35,438 bases of DNA from Chloroflexota bacterium (GTDB taxonomy: Bacteria > Chloroflexota > Dehalococcoidia > Lucifugimonadales > JACPCL1): assembly GCA_016210395.1 (NCBI GenBank), contig JACQUI010000279.1, forward strand, positions 1-35,438, given 5' to 3'. Shown in pieces: positions 25,131 through 33,843 of the stretch. The notes under the pieces were generated by a model. The model ran no database searches and was not told the DNA's origin. It worked only from the letters and a program-made list of their open reading frames with translations. Positions within the stretch are counted from its first letter, which is position 1, and every line of letters starts with the position of its first letter. The position numbers were made by a program, and so were the translations under genes.

Positions 25131-25798
25131 CAGCGGCCTACCCTTGTGAAGATTTCCATGAGCTCCGCGTCGCCCTCGGGAGGCGTCACGGCGATGACCT
25201 CGTCGTGGGGTTCGATGAGCTGGCCTGTCGCAGGGATGCGCGGCTGCCCACGGTGGTTCACCACCAGTGTGATCAGCGTGTTGGGCGGAAGGACGAGCTC
25301 GTGGATCGGCTTGCCCACGACCTCGGCATCGGGCGGGACGTGGATGTCTACCAGCCGGAGGTCGGTCCGGGGCACGGGCATCAGGTGGATGAGCGCCTGT
25401 TCGGTCAGCTCGCCCTCCACGTGGGCTAGGATGGTATTGGTGTGGCTAACGACGACGTCAACGCCCAGCGACTTGAACAAGCTCTCGTTGGCGGGGTCGT
25501 TGACAAGAGCAATCGTCTTCTTGACGTTGAAGCGATGCTTGGCCACCTGGCACGCCACCAGGTTGTCCTCATCGTGGCCCGTCACGGCGATGAGCACGTC
25601 GGCGCGGTTTGCCCCCGCTTCCGCCAGCAGCGCAGCCTCCGAGCCGTCGCCGCTGATGGCCACGCTCCCAAGCTCGTCCACGACACGGGCGTGCCGCGCG
25701 GAGTCCTGCTCGATGGCCAGGACCTCGTGCTCGGCAGTGATCAGTGCTTTTAGCAGGTGGTAGCCCACCTTGCCGCAGCCGACGATGATGATGTACAT
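25130..25798 (-). CDS. trkA: TrkA/KtrA-type RCK protein (NAD-binding N domain plus C domain)
   Basis: MYIIIVGCGKVGYHL (GxGxxG), TrkA-N fold, C-terminal TrkA-C-like LRLVDIHVPPDAEVVGKPIHEL...DEVIAV. Confidence 0.9.
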   Translation of the reverse strand: MYIIIVGCGKVGYHLLKALITAEHEVLAIEQDSARHARVVDELGSVAISGDGSEAALLAEAGANRADVLIAVTGHDEDNLVACQVAKHRFNVKKTIALVNDPANESLFKSLGVDVVVSHTNTILAHVEGELTEQALIHLMPVPRTDLRLVDIHVPPDAEVVGKPIHELVLPPNTLITLVVNHRGQPRIPATGQLIEPHDEVIAVTPPEGDAELMEIFTRVGR

Positions 25799-25800
25799 GG

Positions 25801-26199
25801 CTATTTGCGCAGCGCCTCGAGCAGCATGGCAGAGATGGTCCGCGAGGGGCTGACGGCTTCTACCCCCAGCTCCTGGTACATCTGCTGCCGCGTGGGGTCA
25901 TAGATGAGGCAGATGACCTTGGGCACCTTGAAGAGAAACCGGACCTTTTGTGCCGCAAAGGCATTGCGCGCGTCCCCCTGGTCCACTGCGAAAAACGCGT
26001 CCATCCGCTCGATGCCCGCGCTACGCAGGTCGTCCTCCAGGGCGCCGTCGCCAAGGAGCGTCGTTGCGCCAAGGGTTGGCGGGATGCGTCGCAGGTTCTC
26101 CTCCCGCGTGTCCATGACGGTCACGTCATGACCGCCCTGCACCAACTCTCGCACGATCATGGCGCCAATCCGGGAGCTGCCCATGACAAGAATCTTCAT
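25801..26199 (-). CDS. Half-size RCK N-domain protein (TrkA-N only)
   Basis: 132 aa. MKILVMGSSRIGAMIVRELVQGGHDVTVMD has GSSRIG where GxGxxG is expected. Only 2 nt separate it from the trkA start. Confidence 0.8.
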   Translation of the reverse strand: MKILVMGSSRIGAMIVRELVQGGHDVTVMDTREENLRRIPPTLGATTLLGDGALEDDLRSAGIERMDAFFAVDQGDARNAFAAQKVRFLFKVPKVICLIYDPTRQQMYQELGVEAVSPSRTISAMLLEALRK

Positions 26200-26221
26200 G
26201 GGGCGAAACCGCCTCTACAGC

Positions 26222-26671
26222 TCATTCCCGCGCGCCATTGAGCGAGGGCGTCATTCCTGTGCGCCAGATGAGCACGGGGCAAGGAGCAAACCTCAGCACG
26301 TGGGGCGCGGCATTGCCGAGGGTAAAGCTCCCGTGGCGAGTCTGATACGGCACTGTCATGAGAATCAAGTCTGCCTGTCTTTCGACTGCCTCCAGCACAA
26401 TAGCGGGGCCGGCGTCGCGGGCCTGGAGCATCGAGGCTTCCACGACGCCCTTGTACTCCTTGGCCATGTCCTCCATCTGGCGCAACACCGTTTCGCCCCG
26501 GCTGCTCTCCGGGGAGACATCGGAGTCCAACGGCAAGTGATGCGGCACCTCGATGACGTACACCAGGTACACTTTGCCTTTGGCGTCCTTTACGAGGTCA
26601 CAGGCCAATTGCAGTGCTTTGGCGTCCGCATCGTCGCCGTGGACAGGGAGAAGAAGTTTCTTCCAAGGCAT
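26222..26671 (-). CDS. Universal stress protein (UspA family)
   Basis: KKLLLPVHGDDADAKALQLACDL...DLILMTVPYQTRHGSFTLGNAAPHVLRFAPCPVLI is the typical USP fold pattern. Confidence 0.85.
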   Translation of the reverse strand: MPWKKLLLPVHGDDADAKALQLACDLVKDAKGKVYLVYVIEVPHHLPLDSDVSPESSRGETVLRQMEDMAKEYKGVVEASMLQARDAGPAIVLEAVERQADLILMTVPYQTRHGSFTLGNAAPHVLRFAPCPVLIWRTGMTPSLNGARE

Positions 26672-27265
26672 ATGCTAATGACGGTTTCAATCCTCACCCC
26701 GCACTCAGGTGGGGTGCAACTGACGGGGTTGCGGCTCCAGGCCACCGCCTTTGGCTGCCGTGTCTCCACGCTGAAGCAGTCGGGGCCATTGCTGCTTTGC
26801 AGCGGACAGATTATACGCTGCGGCGCACGATATGTTCAATTGCGCGGGAGGGCTAGGGAGGGACATACGGGCATGGGGGCACAAGGCATTCAGGCATACT
26901 TGGTGGAGCGGCTGTGGAATTGTTCTGGCGGCCTGGACCGGATTGGAATGCTAGCTGGATTCGTTTTGTTTTTGGAGGAAACGAATCCGAGATTCATAAC
27001 GGGTGTCTGGGGCCGGGCGCACCGACGGTGTGGGGTGGTGATGCGTTGTGCGGATGAGTGGAGGATAGCAGGCAGGAGGGGGGATAGGAAAGAGGGGCGT
27101 GGCAGGTGCAGCGGCGCGACCCTCGCTCCCTCTTGGTGCTGGCGCACCAATCGCACCTCATCGAGGCAGACAGAAATCCCCCTTAGAAAGGTAGCACTGG
27201 TTTTGCCAAAGAGCGTATGATAAAGCTATCGAGCTACTTCTCAAGACGCTGAGGCCCGCTGTCCT

Positions 27266-28732
27266 ATGACCAACCGCTATCCCGCTGTTGCCTATAGCAT
27301 TTCCCTGCGAGCCGAATACCCCAACCGGCCCGGCATGTTGGGAAAAATCGCCGCCACCATTGGGCGGATGGGAGGCGACATCGGAGCCGTGGACATCGTC
27401 GAATCGTCCCGGGAGTACATCGTCCGCGATATCACCGTCAACGCGCGCGACGTTGCGCACGGCCAGGACATCGCCAATAAGCTCCGGTCCATGCGAGGCG
27501 TCAAGGTGCTTGGTGTTTCCGACCCTACGTTTCTGCTGCACAGCCGGGGCAAGATCGAGATGCGCTCCAAGGTCGCCATCAAGACCCGCAACGACCTCTC
27601 CATGGCCTACCGCCCCGGCGTCATTCGCGTAGCCTACGCAATCAATGAGGAGCCCAGCGCCGCCTGGACCCTGACGACCAAGAGCAACTCCGTGGCGGTG
27701 GTGACCGATGGCACAGCCGTCCTCGGCCTGGGTGATATTGGCCCGGCGGCCGCCATGCCCGTGATGGAAGGCAAGGCCATGCTGTTCAAAGAGTTGGCCG
27801 GCGTGGATGCCTGGCCTATTTGCCTTGCAACCAAGGACCCGGACGCTATCATCCGCGCGGTGAAGAATATCGCTCCCGGCTTCGGCGGCATCAACCTGGA
27901 GGACATCGCCGCGCCCAAGTGCTTCTACATCGAGGATCGTCTGAAGGCTGAGCTGGACATCCCCGTCATGCATGACGACCAGCACTGCACGGCGGTCGTC
28001 GTGCTGGCCGCCACCATGAACATGCTCAAGCTGGTCAAAAAGCAGATTGAAGACATCAAGATCGTCTTCTCAGGCGCGGGCGCGGCGGGCACCGCTACGG
28101 CCAAGCTGTTGACCGAGGCCGGCGCCCGCAACATCATCGGCTACGACCGCGAGGGCATCCTGCACCGTGGAGAGGATTACGGCGGCCATGCCGGCAAGCT
28201 CTGGTTCGCCAACGAGTGCAATCCCCAGGACTTTCGCGGCGACCTCATGGGCGCAATGGAAGGCGCGGACCTGTTCATCGGCGTCTCCGGCCCCGGCGTC
28301 CTCACCGTGGAGCATGTGAAACGCATGAACCGCGACGCCGCAGTGTTCGCCATGGCCAACCCCGATCCGGAAATAGCGCCGGAAGAGGCCGAGCCATATG
28401 TGCGCATCATGGCCACCGGACGCTCCGACTACCCCAATCAGATCAACAACGTGCTGGGCTTCCCCGGCTTCTTTCGTGGGCTGCTGGACAGCCGCGCGCG
28501 CGAGGTGAACACGGAGATGAAGATTGCTGCGGCCAGGGCCATTGCGGAAGCCGTGCCCGCCAACCAGCTCAACGAGGAATACATCATGCCCAGCGTCTTC
28601 GACCGCAGCGTTACCAGGGCGGTTGCCCGGGAGGTTGCAGCAGCGGCCCAGCGGACAGGGGTCGCCAGGCGGCTCCGGCGCAGCCACCGCGTGTCCTACT
28701 GGCTCTCCGGCGGCCTGGACACGGGGCGATAG
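27266..28732 (+). CDS. NAD(P)-dependent malic enzyme with N-terminal ACT domain, paralogue 1
   Basis: ACT-like first ~75 aa ([26 protein letters not shown]). Malic-enzyme core [73 protein letters not shown]. Confidence 0.95.
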   Translation: MTNRYPAVAYSISLRAEYPNRPGMLGKIAATIGRMGGDIGAVDIVESSREYIVRDITVNARDVAHGQDIANKLRSMRGVKVLGVSDPTFLLHSRGKIEMRSKVAIKTRNDLSMAYRPGVIRVAYAINEEPSAAWTLTTKSNSVAVVTDGTAVLGLGDIGPAAAMPVMEGKAMLFKELAGVDAWPICLATKDPDAIIRAVKNIAPGFGGINLEDIAAPKCFYIEDRLKAELDIPVMHDDQHCTAVVVLAATMNMLKLVKKQIEDIKIVFSGAGAAGTATAKLLTEAGARNIIGYDREGILHRGEDYGGHAGKLWFANECNPQDFRGDLMGAMEGADLFIGVSGPGVLTVEHVKRMNRDAAVFAMANPDPEIAPEEAEPYVRIMATGRSDYPNQINNVLGFPGFFRGLLDSRAREVNTEMKIAAARAIAEAVPANQLNEEYIMPSVFDRSVTRAVAREVAAAAQRTGVARRLRRSHRVSYWLSGGLDTGR

Positions 28733-28761
28733 CGGCGAAGACGGAGCCCACCCCTATTTTA

Positions 28762-28786
28762 TTCCTCCCCCGTCAATGGGGAGGAA
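28762..28786 (+). repeat. Short GC hairpin TTCCTCCCC-cgtcaat-GGGGAGGAA between the two malic enzyme genes
   Basis: 9-bp perfect stem, 30 nt after the paralogue-1 stop, preceded by CTATTTTA. Same family as 1367, 6104, 9589 and 9676. Confidence 0.45.
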
Positions 28787-28822
28787 ACCGGAACTTGCCG
28801 CAGCAGAGAAAGGGAGTGTCGT

Positions 28823-30271
28823 ATGACAGACCGCCATCCTGCGATTGCGTATGGCGTCACCATCCGAACGGAGTACCCCAACCGCCCCGGGATGCTTGGC
28901 AAGGTCACCTCCGCCATCGGCAACGCGGGGGGAGACATCTCCGGCCTCGACCTTGTCCATTCCAGCCGCGAGACCACCATCCGTGACTTCACCGTAAACG
29001 CGCGCGACGTCGCGCACGGCCAGCAAGTGGTGGCAGCGGTGCGCTCCATCGCAGAGGTGACGGTGGTAAGCGTCTCCGACCCCACGTTCCTCCTGCACCT
29101 GGGCGGCAAGATAGAGATGCGGTCCAAGTCGCCCATCAAGACCCGCAACGACCTCTCCATGGCCTACACGCCCGGCGTCGCCCGCGTCTGCATGGCAATA
29201 CACGATGACCCCGCCGCCGTATGGACTCTTACCACCAAAAGCAACACCGTAGCCGTGGTCACCGACGGCACCGCAGTCCTGGGACTGGGGGATATTGGCC
29301 CTGCCGCAGCGATGCCTGTCATGGAAGGCAAAGCCATGCTGTTCAAGGAAATGGCTGACGTGGACGCATGGCCCATCTGCCTTGCCACCAAAGACCCCGA
29401 AGAGATCATTGAGACGGTGACGAACATCGCTACCGGTTTCGGCGGCATCAACCTGGAGGACATCTCCGCGCCCAGGTGCTTCTACATCGAAGAGCGGCTG
29501 AAGGAGGTCCTGGAAATCCCGGTATTCCACGATGACCAGCATGGCACAGCGGTCGTTGTCCTGGCGGCCCTCTACAACTCCCTGAAGATCGTCCGCAAGA
29601 ACATCGAAGACCTCAAGACAGTCATCGTCGGCGTCGGCGCCGGCGGCACTGCCACGGCGAAGCTGTTCTACGAAGCGGGCATGCGCAACATCATCGGGTT
29701 CGACCGCACAGGAGCAGTCCACCGGGGGCGGGACTTCAACGGCAGCCCCGGCAAGCAGTGGCTTGCCCAGTACTGCAACCCGGCGAACTACCGGGGCGAC
29801 CTCATGGGCGCAATGGAGGGGGCAGACCTCTTCGTTGGCCTGTCTGCTCCCGGGGTGCTCAACGCAGAGCACCTCAAGCGCATGGACAGGGATGCCATCG
29901 TCTTTGCGATGGCCAATCCCGACCCCGAGATCTTTCCGGAAGAGGCCTTGCCCCACGTGCGCGTCATGGGCACCGGCCGCTCCGACTATCCCAACCAGAT
30001 CAACAACGCGCTGTGTTTCCCCGGTTTCTTCCGCGGCCTGCTGGACTGCCGCGCCCACGAGGTGAACACGGAGATGAAGCTTGCGGCGGCCAACGCCATC
30101 GCCACTGCCGTCCCCGCCAACCAGCTCAGCGAAGAGAACGTCATGCCCAACGTCTTCGACCGCAACGTGGCCCGCCACGTGGCCCGCGCGGTTGTGGAGG
30201 CCGCCTACAAGACCGGCGCGGCCCAACGCTCGCGCCGCCGCCGCACCTACGGCCTGGGCGCGTACAAATAG
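28823..30271 (+). CDS. NAD(P)-dependent malic enzyme with N-terminal ACT domain, paralogue 2
   Basis: Collinear with paralogue 1, about 70% identical by eye. Carries the canonical HDDQHGTAVV. SD AAGGGAG upstream. Confidence 0.95.
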   Translation: MTDRHPAIAYGVTIRTEYPNRPGMLGKVTSAIGNAGGDISGLDLVHSSRETTIRDFTVNARDVAHGQQVVAAVRSIAEVTVVSVSDPTFLLHLGGKIEMRSKSPIKTRNDLSMAYTPGVARVCMAIHDDPAAVWTLTTKSNTVAVVTDGTAVLGLGDIGPAAAMPVMEGKAMLFKEMADVDAWPICLATKDPEEIIETVTNIATGFGGINLEDISAPRCFYIEERLKEVLEIPVFHDDQHGTAVVVLAALYNSLKIVRKNIEDLKTVIVGVGAGGTATAKLFYEAGMRNIIGFDRTGAVHRGRDFNGSPGKQWLAQYCNPANYRGDLMGAMEGADLFVGLSAPGVLNAEHLKRMDRDAIVFAMANPDPEIFPEEALPHVRVMGTGRSDYPNQINNALCFPGFFRGLLDCRAHEVNTEMKLAAANAIATAVPANQLSEENVMPNVFDRNVARHVARAVVEAAYKTGAAQRSRRRRTYGLGAYK

Positions 30272-30684
30272 GGGCGCAGAGGCAACCCGCCCGCCTGTCC
30301 CAGAAGGCGAGGCGTCGCTCAAGGCCTCACGTAGGGAGGGCAGCCTGCTGCCCCCCTACATTTGCATCATGAGACACGCTCGCGTAGTCCGCCTCTACGC
30401 AGACCCGGCGGCCACAGCTCGACCGGTTGGAGCAGATCCCGGGAGCCTGGCTCACAATTTTGGCGAACCCATCTGGCAATGACGTATCTCGCAAAATGCC
30501 GCCAATCCGTAGATGCCGTAATGATTGTCAAGGAAGGGAGGGGCCAGGAGAAAGGGGAAGGAACGAACGGAGTGCCCCTGCTCAGGACCGCGAAGCAGAG
30601 AGACCCTGCCCCTACAGGTAGTTGGCCGCAGCGGTCGTCGCGAGTCCCCAGGGGAGGCGGGCGACAGCATAGGGATCGCGCCAG

Positions 30685-32952
30685 CTACTTGCCGTTCAGC
30701 GCCTTGAAGACCGCTTCCGGCGTCATGGGCAGCCCGCGCAGCCGCTTGCCCGTGGCGCGGTAGATGGCGTTGGCAAGCGCCGCTGCGGGAGGGACGATGG
30801 GGACCTCGCCGACGCCCCGCGCGCCGTAGGGGCCGTCGGGCGCGGGGACCTCCACGATCACCGCGTCAATCATGGGGGTGTCCAGGGAGGTAGGCATCCG
30901 GTAGTCCAGCAGCGTGGGGTTCCGCAGCATGCCTTTGGCGTAGTCGTAGTACTCGGTCAGCGCCCAGCCGATGCCCTGGAGCGCCCCTCCCTGTATCTGC
31001 CCTTCCACCATCGTGGGGTTGATGGCTTTGCCCACATCCTGGAAGGCGGTATAGCGCAGCACCGTCACCTTGCCGGTCTCGGGGTCAACCTCCACCTCCG
31101 CCACGTGCGCCGCGAACTGGTGGGCAGGCTGCAACCGCGTAACCGCGCCGTAACCCGCAATGGGGCCACTGGCTGCGCGGGCGGAGTTCCCCGCGATGGT
31201 CTTCATGTCCACCTTCTGCTCCGGGTTCTCCTTCAGCCAGAACATGCCGCCGCCGTACTCCACATCCTGGGCGGGCGCTTTGAAGTGCGCGGCGGCGTGA
31301 ATCTTCAGCAAGCGGATGGCGTCTTTGCACGCCTCGTGGACGGCTGCGCCCATGCTGTAGGTGGTGCGGCTGCCCGCGCTCAGGTCCGTGTAGGGGGCCG
31401 TTTCCGTGTCGGCCATGCGCACGGTGACGTCCTCCAGGGGAACCTGCATCTCGTCCGCGGCCATCTGGGCCATGGTGGTGCGCGTGCCCGTCAGGTCCAC
31501 CTGGCCGCTGAGCAGGCTCACGGTGCCATCGGGCAGCACGTGGACGATGGCGCTGGAGGTGAGGGTCGCGCCGGACCAGTAGCCCAGCGCCAGGCCACGG
31601 CCTCGGTGCGGGCCTTCCGGCGCGGGCGATGTCCAGCACGGGTGCCGGGACACCTGGCGCAAGACCTCCTTCAGCCCAATGCGGTTGTAGGGCTGGCCGT
31701 TGGTAGCCTTCCCGCCCTCGTCCGTCGCGTTGACCATGCGGAACTGGAGCGGGTCCATGCCCAGCTTCTCGGCCACCTCGTCCATGTGGCTTTCGACGGC
31801 GAAGGCGATGGGCGTGCCGCCGGGGGCGCGGTAGGCCTGCACGCGTGGCTTGTTAGTGACGACGTCGTACCCTTCGATCCTGATGTTGGGTATCGTGTAG
31901 GGGCCGAAGCTGACGGTGGCAGCGCCGCCCACGGGCGCGCCGGGGAACGCCCCCGCGTCCATGACGATCCTGGCGTAGCCGGCGGTGAGCCTTCCGTCTC
32001 TCTTGACGCCGGTCTTGATGACGGCATGCATGGGCGAACCCGGCCCCGTTGCACGGAAGACCTCCGCTCGGGACATCACGATCTTCACGGGGCGCAGCGC
32101 TCTGCGGGAGAGCATGGCGGCGATGGGCTCCAGAATGGCGTAGATCTTGCCGCCGAAGCCGCCGCCGACCTCTGTGGGAATCACGTTGATCTTGTGCAGC
32201 GGCATGTCCAGGAGTTGCGACAGCGAACGCCTGATACCGAAGGCGCCCTGGGTGGTTGACCAGACCGTGAGCTTTCCATCGCGCTCGTAAGACACAACGG
32301 TGCTTGTCGGCTCCAGGTATCCCTGGTGCACCATCTTCGTGGAGTAGGCGGTCTCGTGGACGATGTCCGCCTCGGCAAAGCCTTTCTCCACGTCGCCGAA
32401 GCCGGACTCCATAATCATCGCCACGTTGCTCGGCTTCGTGGGGCGCTCGCCCAGTGTCCTGGTGAACAGGTCTTCGTGGAGGAGCGGCGCGCCGGGCTTC
32501 ATGGCCTCCAGCGCATCCTCCACGGGCGGCAGCACCTCGTACTGCACGTCAATCAGCTCCAACGCCTGCTCCGCTGCCTCCGGCGAGACGGCCGCGACGG
32601 CGGCAACAGCGTGGCCGTCGTACAGGGCTTTGTCGTGGGCAATGGTCATCTTGCGCAGGTCAACGAGGCTGATGACCAGCTCTCCGCCGATGGAGCCTGC
32701 GACCTTCTCGATGGGCGGGAGGTCTTGCGCGGTCACCACGGCGTAGACGCCGGGGAGGGCTTCCGCCTTGCTGGCGTCTATGCGCAGTATCCTGGCGTGG
32801 GGGTGAGGGCTGCGGAGCACCTTGCCATACAACATGCCGGGCAGCTTGATGTCCGCCGCGTACATGGCCCTGCCGGTGACGCGCTCCAGGGCGTCAACCT
32901 TACGGGTCCTTGCGCCGATATACCGCTGGGCTTCTTTTGCGGTTGCTGTCAT
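30685..32952 (-). CDS. Molybdopterin-binding large subunit of a xanthine dehydrogenase/aldehyde oxidase-family hydroxylase (CoxL-like, not CODH-type)
   Basis: Start moved to ATG 32952 (MTATAKEAQRYIGARTRKVDALERVTG), preceded by AGGAGG 6 nt upstream. GGGFGGK motif. Active-site loop reads AYRAPGG, not AYRCSFR or AYRGAGR. Confidence 0.9.
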   Translation of the reverse strand: MTATAKEAQRYIGARTRKVDALERVTGRAMYAADIKLPGMLYGKVLRSPHPHARILRIDASKAEALPGVYAVVTAQDLPPIEKVAGSIGGELVISLVDLRKMTIAHDKALYDGHAVAAVAAVSPEAAEQALELIDVQYEVLPPVEDALEAMKPGAPLLHEDLFTRTLGERPTKPSNVAMIMESGFGDVEKGFAEADIVHETAYSTKMVHQGYLEPTSTVVSYERDGKLTVWSTTQGAFGIRRSLSQLLDMPLHKINVIPTEVGGGFGGKIYAILEPIAAMLSRRALRPVKIVMSRAEVFRATGPGSPMHAVIKTGVKRDGRLTAGYARIVMDAGAFPGAPVGGAATVSFGPYTIPNIRIEGYDVVTNKPRVQAYRAPGGTPIAFAVESHMDEVAEKLGMDPLQFRMVNATDEGGKATNGQPYNRIGLKEVLRQVSRHPCWTSPAPEGPHRGRGLALGYWSGATLTSSAIVHVLPDGTVSLLSGQVDLTGTRTTMAQMAADEMQVPLEDVTVRMADTETAPYTDLSAGSRTTYSMGAAVHEACKDAIRLLKIHAAAHFKAPAQDVEYGGGMFWLKENPEQKVDMKTIAGNSARAASGPIAGYGAVTRLQPAHQFAAHVAEVEVDPETGKVTVLRYTAFQDVGKAINPTMVEGQIQGGALQGIGWALTEYYDYAKGMLRNPTLLDYRMPTSLDTPMIDAVIVEVPAPDGPYGARGVGEVPIVPPAAALANAIYRATGKRLRGLPMTPEAVFKALNGK

Positions 32953-33057
32953 GGCCTGCCTCCTGTTCCCGAAAAGCGCCGCGAAATCGGGTGAAGGGGG
33001 AAAGCCCCTGTCATACCTGCGAGAATGCGGTTGGTCCCCACAAGAAAGGGTGGAGTT

Positions 33058-33128
33058 GTCATCCTGAGCGAGTCGGTCAAACCACGCTCGCCTTCCTCTG
33101 CGATCGCCGCAGCGAAGGATCACTCATC
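33058..33128 (+). repeat. Structured repeat copy B (~71 nt), antisense to the cox-like operon, in the S-L spacer
   Basis: GTCATCCTGAGCGAGTCGGTCAAAC...GCAGCGAAGGATCACTCATC shares its 5' and 3' modules with copy A at 33741-33812. Confidence 0.5.
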
Positions 33129-33147
33129 AGCCTTGCCATCACGCAAA

Positions 33148-33165
33148 GGGCTGCGGCAGCAGCCC
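33148..33165 (-). terminator. Weak terminator/attenuator-like hairpin after the small-subunit gene
   Basis: GGGCTGC/GCAGCCC 7-bp stem with a 4-nt loop. On the minus strand it is followed by TTTGCGT. Confidence 0.35.
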
Positions 33166-33205
33166 GCGTTCCACTACTGCCAAACAAGCTTTCGGTGCTG
33201 AGGAC

Positions 33206-33673
33206 CTACGCCTTCTGCGCCACGTCCATGATGGCCCGGACGATCTTGTCGTAGCCAGTACACCGGCAGAGGTTCCCCGCGATGGCCAGGCGGATCTCCT
33301 GCTCGGTGGGCTTGGGGTTCGTGTTCAGGAAGGCCCTGGCTGAGACCAGGAAGCCGGGAGTGCAGAAGCCGCACTGGAGGGCGCCGTGTTCGATAAAGGC
33401 CTCCTGCAGGGGATCCAGCTTGCCGCCCTGGGCCAGTCCTTCGACCGTGGTGACCTTCTGTCCTTCCACTTCGGCGGCCAGGGTGCAGCAGGACACGATG
33501 GCCCTGCCGTCCAGCATGACGGTGCACGCGCCGCAGTTGCCGTTGCTGCAGCCTTCCTTGGTGCCCGTAAGCCCAATCTCGTCCCGGAGTGCGTCCAGGA
33601 GCGTCTGCCAGGGCTGGACCAGGATTTCCTGGGGGTCGCCGTTGACTATGAAGGTGAGGGGTATCTTGGGCAC
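33206..33673 (-). CDS. [2Fe-2S]-binding small subunit (CoxS-like)
   Basis: Start set at GTG 33673, preceded by GGAGGA. CSNGNCGACTV...SCC and CGFCTPG...CRCTGY cluster motifs. 155 aa. Confidence 0.9.
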   Translation of the reverse strand: MPKIPLTFIVNGDPQEILVQPWQTLLDALRDEIGLTGTKEGCSNGNCGACTVMLDGRAIVSCCTLAAEVEGQKVTTVEGLAQGGKLDPLQEAFIEHGALQCGFCTPGFLVSARAFLNTNPKPTEQEIRLAIAGNLCRCTGYDKIVRAIMDVAQKA

Positions 33674-33740
33674 GGTGTCCTCCGTAGAAATGTATTGGCA
33701 AACGACGGGCCGATGCCACGGCCCTCCGGACGGCTTAGGC

Positions 33741-33812
33741 GGTGAGAGATTCTTCGCCAAGCGGCTCGCGTCCCCAAACCTAGGCCGTTTGACCACTTGG
33801 CTCCAGAATGAC
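33741..33812 (-). repeat. Structured repeat copy A (~72 nt), sense to the cox-like operon, in the M-S spacer
   Basis: The minus strand reads GTCATTCTGGAGCCAAGTGGTCAAACGGCC...CTTGGCGAAGAATCTCTCACC. Confidence 0.5.
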
Positions 33813-33843
33813 ACCTCACCACACACACCTTCACGCAGTTGTG

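Noticed and set aside
30530-30572. 43-nt almost pure purine tract (AAGGAAGGGAGGGGCCAGGAGAAAGGGGAAGGAACGAACGGAG) in the convergent spacer after the second malic enzyme gene
   Set aside because: It is only a partial mirror repeat and is interrupted by CC. No associated feature was seen, so it is noted as a compositional oddity only.
32953-33123. N-terminal 57-aa extension of the large-subunit ORF (MILRCGDRRGRRAWFDRLAQDDNSTL...)
   Set aside because: It reads through repeat copy B and has no homology-like features. ATG 32952 has a perfect AGGAGG at 6 nt and begins the conserved N-terminus.
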